Source of the DNA: an uncultured Pseudomonadota bacterium
GTDB taxonomy: Bacteria > Oederibacteriota > Muellerivitia > Muellerivitales > Muellerivitaceae
Reading direction: 5' to 3'
NCBI GenBank assembly: GCA_963843375.1
Contig: CAWJKT010000013.1
Location: 32,610 to 96,609, forward strand
DNA: 64,000 bases
Positions 52,674-61,202 of this stretch are shown here, one piece after another. A program made the translations under genes and the position numbers. The notes below the pieces were generated by a model. It did not search any database, was not told the origin of the DNA, and saw nothing but the letters and a program-made list of their open reading frames with translations. Numbering within the stretch: the first letter of the stretch is position 1; each line of letters starts with the position of its first letter.

Positions 52674-53027
52674 TTAATCCGTCGGCGACAAAATGTCGGT
52701 GAACCAATCCGCAAAGGCGAGGACGCTCACTAAAAGAAGGACAAAAAACACGACCAAGGGAAATATCACCCAAACAAGAAAGGCGATGAGTAGACAATTC
52801 CGGCCAACTTTTCGAATTTCCTGGGAGTCCTGATCATACAGTAAAAGGGCGACCAGCATGCCCGAGAAAGGGATAAAAAGTGAAAGGAGATACCAAACCC
52901 AACGATAGGAAAGAACCATATCTTGCCCCAGCGGGGGTGCTTCCACGGCAACAGAGACGGTCCCTCGGGAAGAAGGCGCTGCGGAGCGGGAAGCTCTCTG
53001 GCGAGATAAGGGAGGATGGGTTTTCAT
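52674..53027 (-). CDS. Small membrane protein
   Basis: Hydrophobic segments; ATGA overlap with upstream gene. Confidence 0.65.
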   Translation of the reverse strand: MKTHPPLSRQRASRSAAPSSRGTVSVAVEAPPLGQDMVLSYRWVWYLLSLFIPFSGMLVALLLYDQDSQEIRKVGRNCLLIAFLVWVIFPLVVFFVLLLVSVLAFADWFTDILSPTD

Positions 53028-53554
53028 TTAAACACCTTGAACATGAAGATCACGAATCCCGTTAATACCGCGACGAGCGAAAAAGGCAAACCCACGTAAA
53101 TTCCTGCTGTCCACCGGGAGCAGCGCAGGACTTTCTCGATCCCGACCACCTGAAAAACGAAGGTGGCTAGGGCCAGCCACTTACCCAATCCATACCCCAA
53201 TCCGAAAAGCGTGAGCCCAGCCACGGAATAAGCCACTATTTGCCGAACCGGTTCCAATGGCAAGACTTCCCCCAACATATAAGCGCAGAGCTTCATGAAA
53301 CCTGACCAAAGATAAATCCAGGCGTTCACGAAAAAGGGCATTCCCAACAGCATCACCAGGGTTACAAGAGCCACATTGGTGACAGAACCGCCAGAAAATA
53401 TCTCAGCAATTCCCAATTCCAAGGCCACCAGGATGCCGGTAATATTGGCGAAACGGAACGCTTTGTTTTCGCCGTCGGCATCATAATTCTCGCGGAAAAA
53501 CTCGGAGGGCCGGGACCACAAAAACCCTAAATCCCTAAAGTATTCTTGGACCAT
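53024..53554 (-). CDS. YIP1-like membrane protein
   Basis: SRPSEFF N-terminal motif, about five TM segments, VAYS. Confidence 0.7.
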   Translation of the reverse strand: MVQEYFRDLGFLWSRPSEFFRENYDADGENKAFRFANITGILVALELGIAEIFSGGSVTNVALVTLVMLLGMPFFVNAWIYLWSGFMKLCAYMLGEVLPLEPVRQIVAYSVAGLTLFGLGYGLGKWLALATFVFQVVGIEKVLRCSRWTAGIYVGLPFSLVAVLTGFVIFMFKVFK

Positions 53555-53610
53555 GGTGGCTAGAGTTTAGCACAACCTCGGATTCAAGTGTCACCCCCAA
53601 CAGGTGCCGA

Positions 53611-53646
53611 AAACAAAAAAGCCCGGGAAGTTTTCTTCCCGGGCTT
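53611..53646 (-). terminator. Rho-independent terminator
   Basis: GCCCGGGAAG-TTTT-CTTCCCGGGC with a T-run on the minus strand. Confidence 0.85.
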
Positions 53647-53661
53647 CGCTTTAAAAACCGC

Positions 53662-54084
53662 TTATTCCTCCAGCCGCTCAATGGCCTCGTCCCAAGCCTC
53701 ATCCATTGAAACCACTTCACCTTCATTGATGACTTCCACCAAAAGCTTCTTCAACTTGGACGCCAGGGTCACTTCCATGTCGTTTTCTTTCAGCACTTCC
53801 CGGACATCGTCCATCGTCAAGCTTTCCAGCACGTCTTCCGCTTCAGCCTGAAACAGCTTCTGCCGCTCGACCTGTTCGACAGACTTGTCCTTCTCCTCAT
53901 CTTCATCGTCGTCGTCATCCACATCGTCGTCGTCTTCCTCTTCTTCGGCCTTGTCTAAATCAATGATGTCTTCGTCATCCTCATCATCCTCGTCATCATC
54001 CTCAACGGTTTTCTCATCGTCCATTTCATCGTCGTCTTTGATTTCTTCATCTTCTTCGTGACCACGCTTGCGGGCCAAGGGCAT
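53662..54084 (-). CDS. Highly acidic hypothetical protein
   Basis: AAGGAGG RBS; D/E-rich N-half and helical C-half; terminator downstream. Confidence 0.8.
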   Translation of the reverse strand: MPLARKRGHEEDEEIKDDDEMDDEKTVEDDDEDDEDDEDIIDLDKAEEEEDDDDVDDDDDEDEEKDKSVEQVERQKLFQAEAEDVLESLTMDDVREVLKENDMEVTLASKLKKLLVEVINEGEVVSMDEAWDEAIERLEE

Positions 54085-54194
54085 CCTCCTTAAGGGAATT
54101 TAACACAATGAATACTTCTACTTTTTTTATCTGTCAAGAGTGTAAAAAAAATATTGCCGGTGGCGGAAGCGGCACAGCCGGGCCGACAATCTTG

Positions 54195-55943
54195 TCAAAG
54201 ATGGCGGCGGAGGTTTTCCCATGTGTTCCGATCAACCAGTTCCACGTTGGAAAAGCGGGCCAGGGCCCGGGCGTCCATAGCGTAGTCGGCGGGAACCATC
54301 AATATGCCCCTGTAACAAAATTCCGATCTCATGACATGGCTCATTTCGCTGACCAGTTCACCCGGCACCCTTTCCCCCGCCGGAAACTGCCTTCCCATCA
54401 CGCAGAACTTGCCGCCCGTGATGGGATGGGGGAATTCGGCCACCGCCACCACCGCCCCCCCCGGCACTCGCCGGATTTTTTCCAAACGGAAACCCATGCT
54501 TTTCAAAAACAAATCCACTTCCCTTTCGAAGTTCAAAAGCGGCATTTTGCTCAAATCCGTAACCACGCCCTTCTCATCCACTACCCGGAAAGTCCACCGT
54601 CCGTCGAAGTGGGGGCCTTGGATCAACTCGGTCAATTTCACCCCATCCACCAGGTCCACCGCCATCTTACGGGAGATATTCTTGGCCTCCTCGGTAAAAC
54701 GGCCGGTAACAATATAGATACCCCTTTTGCAGGCTTCTTCCCGCGTCACCTCGTCCAATTCGCGGATCAAATCGGCGTGAACCGGAGCAGTCTCGGGATA
54801 TTGCCGGGCCAACACCAGGAAACTCCCGCCCACCACCGGATGGGAGAAATCCGCCTGGATTTGGAGAGTTCCACCGGGAACTTTTTTGACTTTTTGGACT
54901 TCAAAACTCATCTTGGCCAGAACGCTTAAAGCCAAGTCCTGGAATTGGGCAAGGGGCATGGAGCTGAATTCTTTTCCCCGAAGGGTCTCCTGGATGACCT
55001 CGGGTTCTTCCATCTCCTTGGGCTTTTCCCATCCGTCCTCAACCTTGGTTTTGGCCGATTCGTACCGCACGTCCAGCCTGGGAGCGTTTTCCTTGAGGCG
55101 TTCGATGAGTCTGGCTGTCTTACTTTCCTCCTCGGGCATGGGTTTCACTTCCATTCCGTCGTTATAGCGCAGATCAAACGAAGTGAGGACTTTAAAGGGC
55201 GGGTACTTCTTTAGCATGGTGTGTTCGTAGACGTCCCTTTGGGCCTTCACGCTCAAAACGTGGCCGTCATAATATTTGGCTTTACCGCTGATGAAATTCA
55301 TCATCCCGTCCACGATGGCGACGGTAATGTTTTCGGAGAGGGAAAAAACAACCTCGAGGATATGAAGAGTATCCTGGAAAAGAGTATCCCGGAAAAGCTC
55401 ATAGTTCTTATCCACTTGGCCGCCTAATTCGGTGTTAAAACGCCTTACCATGAAACGAACTCTCGGGATCATATCCACCATATGGACCGTTTTGATTTCG
55501 ATTTCGGGGTATTTCCCGGTGAGATAAAAGCGGAGGATTTCCTCGATGTTTCCCATAGCCCCACGCTTTAAATATTCCCTTTTTTCCTCGATTCTGTGCC
55601 TTTCCATCTGGATCTTTTTCTTTTTTTCTGCAGTTCGCGAATTCACCAGCCGGATGATTTGGAAGAGAATGGCTAAAAGCATCATGGTCCCAAAAATGGC
55701 GACCCCGATGGCTTCATTCGGATTTTTGTCACAATAGCGCAATATATCCCGGTAGAAACCCCGAACACTTCCGATAATGAAAGAGTTGAAAATAATGATC
55801 GTCAAAAAAAGAACCAACCCGCCCATTGCCAGCGCGCCCGCATCGGCCTCTTCTTCGGTATGACCTTTATGAACGAGGTGGTTCTTGAAGTGTTTGACCC
55901 CGGGCAGTCGCAGAAGTCTTTTAGTCCATGACGGTAATGGCAT
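54195..55943 (-). CDS. Membrane-anchored protein with two Mrr-like restriction-endonuclease-fold domains
   Basis: Two TM segments; twice F...L..MxF...PGG, followed by GIYIVTGRFTEEA..VDLVDG and GILMV..VELVD. Confidence 0.75.
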   Translation of the reverse strand: MPLPSWTKRLLRLPGVKHFKNHLVHKGHTEEEADAGALAMGGLVLFLTIIIFNSFIIGSVRGFYRDILRYCDKNPNEAIGVAIFGTMMLLAILFQIIRLVNSRTAEKKKKIQMERHRIEEKREYLKRGAMGNIEEILRFYLTGKYPEIEIKTVHMVDMIPRVRFMVRRFNTELGGQVDKNYELFRDTLFQDTLHILEVVFSLSENITVAIVDGMMNFISGKAKYYDGHVLSVKAQRDVYEHTMLKKYPPFKVLTSFDLRYNDGMEVKPMPEEESKTARLIERLKENAPRLDVRYESAKTKVEDGWEKPKEMEEPEVIQETLRGKEFSSMPLAQFQDLALSVLAKMSFEVQKVKKVPGGTLQIQADFSHPVVGGSFLVLARQYPETAPVHADLIRELDEVTREEACKRGIYIVTGRFTEEAKNISRKMAVDLVDGVKLTELIQGPHFDGRWTFRVVDEKGVVTDLSKMPLLNFEREVDLFLKSMGFRLEKIRRVPGGAVVAVAEFPHPITGGKFCVMGRQFPAGERVPGELVSEMSHVMRSEFCYRGILMVPADYAMDARALARFSNVELVDRNTWENLRRHL

Positions 55944-56014
55944 TTTTCTCTTTCAGTGTCCTGATTGGAATTAATACGGCTTCATGTTAAAGTCCCAACA
56001 CTTCGGAGGCAAGC

Positions 56015-56707
56015 ATGGATTACCTTAAACGGCTTGAAAAACTAATGGCTCGGTTACGTTCCAAAAACGGTTGCCCGTGGGACAAACAGCAAACCCACCA
56101 GAGCCTGAAACCTTATCTGTTGGAAGAAACCCATGAAACCTTTGACGCCATCGATAGCGGCAATATGGATTTCTTGCGAGAAGAACTGGGCGACGTCCTC
56201 CTCCAAGTAGTATTTCATTCCCAATTAGCTCGGGAAAAGAACCGGTTTAATCTCCAGGACGTGGCAAAAACCATTGGCGACAAACTCATTCGCCGCCACC
56301 CCCATGTATTCGGCAAGGGCGCCAGCCGCAAAATCGCCGATATCAACCGCAAATGGGAAGAATTAAAACGTCAAGAAAAACCCGAGAGAAAATCCATCTT
56401 AGATGGCCTTCCCAAATCCCTCCCCGCGCTTCTGCGAGCCCAACGGATGCACGAAAAGATATCAAAACAAGATAAACGGGCAAGGGACAAAAAACAGGAA
56501 AAAGCGCTGGAAAAACTCTGGAAAAAATTTAAACGATCGCTGGCTGGCGGGGGTAAAAAGTCTAAGAATAAATCCGCCGGCGAGTTTCTGCTGGCCTTTG
56601 CCCAACTCGCCCAATCCACCGGTATTCATGCCGAAATGTCCTTATCTGAGGCTTCCTCCAGATTCGAAAAAGGATTCCGAAAACTTGAATCTACTCCCAA
56701 AAATTAG
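56015..56707 (+). CDS. mazG: Nucleoside triphosphate pyrophosphohydrolase MazG
   Basis: GCPWD.QT, EETHE, EELGDVLLQ, KLIRRHPHVF; degenerate second domain. Confidence 0.92.
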   Translation: MDYLKRLEKLMARLRSKNGCPWDKQQTHQSLKPYLLEETHETFDAIDSGNMDFLREELGDVLLQVVFHSQLAREKNRFNLQDVAKTIGDKLIRRHPHVFGKGASRKIADINRKWEELKRQEKPERKSILDGLPKSLPALLRAQRMHEKISKQDKRARDKKQEKALEKLWKKFKRSLAGGGKKSKNKSAGEFLLAFAQLAQSTGIHAEMSLSEASSRFEKGFRKLESTPKN

Positions 56708-57372
56708 TTTTGCTTTGTCTGATAAATCTTCTTATCCGGCAGGGACATAGCCGTCAGGTAATTGCCATAAACGCATCCAGTGTCCAAATTAATTCGGTCC
56801 CGGGTGGTGTCAAGTTCCAGGATGGGAGTATGGCCATGGACAACAAGCTTGGGCGTGGGACGGGGATCTTGGATGAACTTTCGCCGAATCCACAAGAGGT
56901 CATCCGGTTCCTGAGCGTTCAAAGGATTGTCCAGGTTAATTCCGGCGTGGCAAAAGAAAGCTTCGGACCTATCGAGGGTCAATGGCAGGGCGTTTAGAAA
57001 CTCAACATGGGTGTGCGGTATATAAGATTGCAGAAGAATATGCGCCCCTTCGCCCCTTACCTCATCCAACTTTTCCTTAGGCACGTAGGATTGTAGGGTT
57101 TGGTGGCCGCCATTTAAGAGCCAATTAGCTGCCGCCAGGGGATTGGGGGTGCCGAGCCAATCCAATAGCATCTGCTCGTGGTTCCCCCGCAAGAAATGCC
57201 AGTTCGGCTTTTGGTTGGCTAACAGGTAATCCAAAACACCCTTGCTATCAGGCCCCCGATCGATGTAATCACCCAGGAACACGACCTCATCATCGCCCTT
57301 CACCGGCAGTTCCTCCATCAATTCCTTCAAAGCTTTCAAACAACCGTGAATGTCGCCGATCGCATAGATCAC
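56704..57372 (-). CDS. PPP-family metallophosphoesterase
   Basis: GDIHG, GDYIDRG, GNHE, HAG, HGHT, DTG. Confidence 0.93.
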   Translation of the reverse strand: MIYAIGDIHGCLKALKELMEELPVKGDDEVVFLGDYIDRGPDSKGVLDYLLANQKPNWHFLRGNHEQMLLDWLGTPNPLAAANWLLNGGHQTLQSYVPKEKLDEVRGEGAHILLQSYIPHTHVEFLNALPLTLDRSEAFFCHAGINLDNPLNAQEPDDLLWIRRKFIQDPRPTPKLVVHGHTPILELDTTRDRINLDTGCVYGNYLTAMSLPDKKIYQTKQN

Positions 57373-57401
57373 TTATAAACTCCTGCGGGTTTTTCTCTAT
57401 T

Positions 57402-58118
57402 TTACGCCTTTTGGGGATGATTTGAGGGCATTTCGTTGTTTTTATTTCGAGGAAGAAACAGAAATACGCCCATATGCGCGAATCCCAAAATAAGCAAGGC
57501 GATCCGAAGGCCCATTTCCCCAAAAAAAGAAAGGCCGCCTAAAAATCCAATCACCCCTATCACTCGACCCAAACCCAGGGGCACTTCCCGAATAGCCAGG
57601 TATTCAATCTTGCTGGAGGAGGCTTCCCTGGCTTTTTCCAGGATCGTAAAGGAAAAAGCTCCAAAAACCACTTGCCCCCAGGTTCCACCTGTGGCAACCA
57701 AAAGCGCGTACAGAAGAAAAGTGAAATAATTGATTTTGACAAAAAGTCCCACGAAGGACAATCCCAACAGCCAGGACGAAATCCAAAGGCCTTGCCAACG
57801 GTTGCCAGCCTTGGCCCAAAGGGAAAGTGCGTAAGTGGTTAAAACTCCTTGGAAATTTACCAGCATGCTGTAGCCACCCACAACCGCCTCATTGAGGGAA
57901 AAGCGATAAACCAGAAGAGGCACCACAAACCAAAAGACCCCGCCCCGCAAACCCAAAAGGAACTGAGCGATCATCAATCGGTTCCAATCCTCGTTCTTTT
58001 TAAAAGTAAGAACCTTCCAGAAATAGAATACCTTTTGGGTCGATCTGGCATGAAATTGGAAACTTTTGAGGGTGAGAACCAGGTAAAGAACCAGCGCGAT
58101 GGCGAAAACCAGGTAATC
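57402..58118 (-). CDS. MFS transporter, C-terminal half (5'-truncated at junction)
   Basis: Frame open from about 58118 (YLVFAIALVLY...) through six TM segments and EYLAIRE..GRVIG. Confidence 0.7.
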   Translation of the reverse strand, partial: DYLVFAIALVLYLVLTLKSFQFHARSTQKVFYFWKVLTFKKNEDWNRLMIAQFLLGLRGGVFWFVVPLLVYRFSLNEAVVGGYSMLVNFQGVLTTYALSLWAKAGNRWQGLWISSWLLGLSFVGLFVKINYFTFLLYALLVATGGTWGQVVFGAFSFTILEKAREASSSKIEYLAIREVPLGLGRVIGVIGFLGGLSFFGEMGLRIALLILGFAHMGVFLFLPRNKNNEMPSNHPQKA

Positions 58119-58119
58119 C

Positions 58120-58366
58120 GGCCGAGGCCGAAGTGATATTTCATCGAAAGGATTGCCGCGAGATAGGCGCCGACGCTGAAATAGGCCGCCTGGCCGAGCG
58201 AGGCGAGACCGACAAAGCCGAGCAGGATATCCACGCTCATCGCCAGGATCGCGAACACCAGCGCCCGCGTCGCCAACAGCACCACGAACGACGTGGAATG
58301 CGGAATGATCACCGCAAGCGCAAGCAGAACGGCGGCGACGGCAATAATGTTGGCGCGCTGGCTCAT
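58120..58366 (-). CDS. livM: Branched-chain amino acid ABC permease LivM, 5' fragment
   Basis: [27 protein letters not shown]. Confidence 0.8.
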
Positions 58367-58373
58367 CGGCCGG

Positions 58374-58466
58374 TCACTCGCGCCCGAACAGGCCGGTGGG
58401 CTTGATCGCCAGGATCAGCACCATCGGCGCATAGAGCGTGAAATAGGCAAGTTCCGGAAACAGAAT
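58374..58466 (-). CDS. livH: Branched-chain amino acid ABC permease LivH, 3' fragment
   Basis: [30 protein letters not shown]. Confidence 0.75.
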   Translation of the reverse strand: MLFPELAYFTLYAPMVLILAIKPTGLFGRE

Positions 58467-59228
58467 CGCAAGACGGTAACCCAGATGGATTTTGAAACCT
58501 CCAAGGACAAAGTCCTGATGGGGCCGGAACGCAAGTCGATGATCCTGTCGGAGAGCGAAAAGAAGAACACGGCTTATCACGAGGCCGGACACGCTCTGGT
58601 GGCCGCCAATATCCCTGAATCCGATCCCTTGCACAAGGTCACCATCATTCCGCGTGGTTGGGCGCTGGGGCTGACGCAGCAACTTCCCCTCGACGACAAG
58701 CACACCTATACCCGCGAGTATCTGGAGGCCCAGCTTGCCGTGTTGATGGGCGGACGCGTGGCCGAAGAACTCTTTCTGCACCACATGACCACCGGCGCGG
58801 GAAACGATATCGAGCGTGCTACTCACATCGCCCGCGATATGGTGTGCGAATTCGGCATGTCGAACCTCGGTCCGCTGGCGTTTGGCAAGAACCAGCAGGA
58901 AATTTTCCTGGGACGCGACATCGCCACCCAGCGTGACTTTAGTGAAGACACAGCAATCAAAATCGACCAGGAAGTTAAAACCTTTGTAACTACGGGTTAC
59001 GAGCGGGCCAAAAATATTCTGACCGGCAACCGCGACGTTCTTGTCCGCATTGCCGAAGCCTTGCTCGAGCGCGAGGTTCTGGACGCCGGCGAAATGAAAC
59101 TCCTGATCGAAGGTAAGCCCCTGCCGGAATTCGTGCGCGTGAAGCCCTTGCCTCCTGCTCCCGAAACCGTGCAGGTGCTCAAGCCGCAGCCCACGTCGCC
59201 TTCGATGCCGCGCCCCCAACCGGCCTGA
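58461..59228 (+). CDS. ftsH: FtsH protease, C-terminal fragment
   Basis: [49 protein letters not shown] domain missing. Confidence 0.93.
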   Translation, partial: QNRKTVTQMDFETSKDKVLMGPERKSMILSESEKKNTAYHEAGHALVAANIPESDPLHKVTIIPRGWALGLTQQLPLDDKHTYTREYLEAQLAVLMGGRVAEELFLHHMTTGAGNDIERATHIARDMVCEFGMSNLGPLAFGKNQQEIFLGRDIATQRDFSEDTAIKIDQEVKTFVTTGYERAKNILTGNRDVLVRIAEALLEREVLDAGEMKLLIEGKPLPEFVRVKPLPPAPETVQVLKPQPTSPSMPRPQPA

Positions 59229-59242
59229 GGGCGGGAAGATCA

Positions 59243-59367
59243 GAAGCTGGAAACTCGAAATTAGAAACTGGAAACTGGAAAATCGAAAATCGGCATGAGT
59301 TTCGAATTTCGATTTTCCAGTTTCTAGTTTCCGACTCTCCCGTTTCGAGTTTCGAGCTCCCAGTTTC
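59243..59367. repeat. Palindromic heptamer array (GAAACTC-like units followed by inverted units)
   Basis: Seven forward heptamers, 5-nt spacer, then GAGTTTC/CAGTTTC units. Confidence 0.85.
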
Positions 59368-59465
59368 TACTGCCCCTTCCCTTCTTTTCCTACGCAAATC
59401 TCTGCCCGCCGCACTATACTCTTGGGAATCTTGCCGGCTGTTGAAAACGATTGCGGAGGCTCAGG

Positions 59466-60182
59466 ATGAGTACGTTCATGGCGGAGCTTGTGGGCACGAT
59501 GCTGTTGATCGTTCTGGGTGATGGAGTTGTCGCCGCGGTGGTCCTGAATAAAACCAAAGCCCAGAACTCCGGCTGGATGGTCATCACCACGGGCTGGGCG
59601 CTGGCGGTAGCGATGCCAGTCTATGCGGTAGGCCGCATCAGCGGCGCGCACCTGAATCCTGCCATCACCCTGGGTTTGGCGATCACCGGCAAGTTCGCGT
59701 GGGGCTCCGTTCCCAGCTATCTGGCGGCGCAATTCCTGGGAGCTTTCTTGGGAGCGATTGTCGTATGGCTCGCCTATCTTGCGCATTGGCCCGTGACGGA
59801 GGATCGCAGCGCGAAGCTCATCGTTTTCTCCACCGCCCCGGCCATTCGCAACTTGCCACTGAATCTGGTCACCGAAATCATTGGAACGTTCGTCCTGATG
59901 TTTGGCGTGCTCGCGATCGGCGCGAACTCTGCCCCCACGCAGAGTGGTCTCGCTCCGCTGCTCGTGGGCTTTCTCGTTTGGTCGATCGGATTGTCGCTGG
60001 GGGCCCCAACCGGTTACGCCATCAATCCCGCGCGCGACCTGGGACCGCGCATCGCCCATGCGCTGTTGCCCATTTCCGGCAAGGGGGGCTCCGACTGGAG
60101 CTACTCCTGGGTGCCGATCGTGGGCCCAGTCATCGGCGGCCTTCTCGGGGCGGTCGCCTACGTACGGATCTTCGGTTCCTGA
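59466..60182 (+). CDS. glpF: MIP family glycerol facilitator
   Basis: SGAHLNPA, GYAINPARD. Confidence 0.93.
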   Translation: MSTFMAELVGTMLLIVLGDGVVAAVVLNKTKAQNSGWMVITTGWALAVAMPVYAVGRISGAHLNPAITLGLAITGKFAWGSVPSYLAAQFLGAFLGAIVVWLAYLAHWPVTEDRSAKLIVFSTAPAIRNLPLNLVTEIIGTFVLMFGVLAIGANSAPTQSGLAPLLVGFLVWSIGLSLGAPTGYAINPARDLGPRIAHALLPISGKGGSDWSYSWVPIVGPVIGGLLGAVAYVRIFGS

Positions 60183-60185
60183 GTC

Positions 60186-61160
60186 ATGAGCTTCCGTCCT
60201 CAATTTCGAATCGAGATCGGCGGCCGCAAGGTTACGATAGGCGCCCGCACCCTCGTGATGGGCGTGCTCAATGTCACCCCCGATTCCTTCTCTGACGGCG
60301 GGCGTTACTACGTCCCGGATCGCGCGATCCAGCATGGTGTGGACCTCGCCGGCCAGGGAGCTGACTGGATTGACGTAGGCGGCGAGTCCACACGGCCGGG
60401 TGCGCAGCCGGTGACTGCCGACGAAGAGCTTCGCCGCGTCCTGCCCGTCATCCGCGCGCTGCGGAGCAAACTGCCTCGAGTCCCGATCTCCATTGACACC
60501 ACCAAAGCGCAGGTAGCCGAACGGGCCCTCGGCGCCGGTGCGAGCATTTTGAACGATGTCAGTGGACTGCGGTTTGATCTCCGACTTGCCGAACTTGCGT
60601 GCCGGTACCGCGTGCCGCTCGTCCTGATGCACTCGCGCCACAATCCCGAAACAATGCAGCGCAAGCCTTTCGTGCGCGACATCTGGCGCTCGCTCACGAG
60701 CGGACTTGAAGCATCGATTCGGCGGGCGCTCGCGGCCGGAGTTGCGAGCACGCAGCTTATTCTCGATCCCGGCCTGGGCTTCGGGAAGTCGCGCCGCCAA
60801 AACTTCGAAATCCTCGCCAGCCTTCGGAAACTTCAGCGCTTCCACCTTCCCCTTCTCATTGGCGCCTCGCGCAAATCGTTCGTGCAAGCCGTCGTTTCGG
60901 GCGAAGGGCTCGATCCTTCGCGAGCGCCTCGTCCCGGCCTTCGCTATTGGCCGATCGCGAGGTCCCATGGCAATCTTTCAAAATCCCGCCGCGAAGCGAA
61001 CCAAGAGAGCATTGCGCTCCTCCCGATGGGCGACGCAGCCGCGGTGGTCGCTGCAATTCTGAATGGAGCGCACATCGTTCGCGTGCATGACCCGGGCGCG
61101 ATCCTCCCTGCGGTCCGCGTTGCCGACGCCTTGCTCGTCGCCATTAATCGTCATCCATAG
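60186..61160 (+). CDS. folP: Dihydropteroate synthase
   Basis: NVTPDSFSDGG, GESTRPG, DPGLGF, SRKS, VRVHD. Confidence 0.95.
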   Translation: MSFRPQFRIEIGGRKVTIGARTLVMGVLNVTPDSFSDGGRYYVPDRAIQHGVDLAGQGADWIDVGGESTRPGAQPVTADEELRRVLPVIRALRSKLPRVPISIDTTKAQVAERALGAGASILNDVSGLRFDLRLAELACRYRVPLVLMHSRHNPETMQRKPFVRDIWRSLTSGLEASIRRALAAGVASTQLILDPGLGFGKSRRQNFEILASLRKLQRFHLPLLIGASRKSFVQAVVSGEGLDPSRAPRPGLRYWPIARSHGNLSKSRREANQESIALLPMGDAAAVVAAILNGAHIVRVHDPGAILPAVRVADALLVAINRHP

Positions 61161-61202
61161 CTCAACTTTCCGTCCGTGCCGATGGTCGAGTATCATTCCG
61201 AT

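Noticed and set aside
54108..54929. 273-aa plus-strand ORF
   Set aside because: Antisense shadow of the Mrr-like gene.
54195..57372. Mrr-MazG-phosphatase as a defined defence operon
   Set aside because: Genes are in three separate orientations and MazG looks like the housekeeping type; kept only as context.
58293..59228. 311-aa FtsH with novel N-terminus, and the 281-aa opposite ORF
   Set aside because: Both are products of the chimeric junction.
59367..60968. 533-aa minus-strand ORF
   Set aside because: High-GC antisense shadow of glpF and folP.
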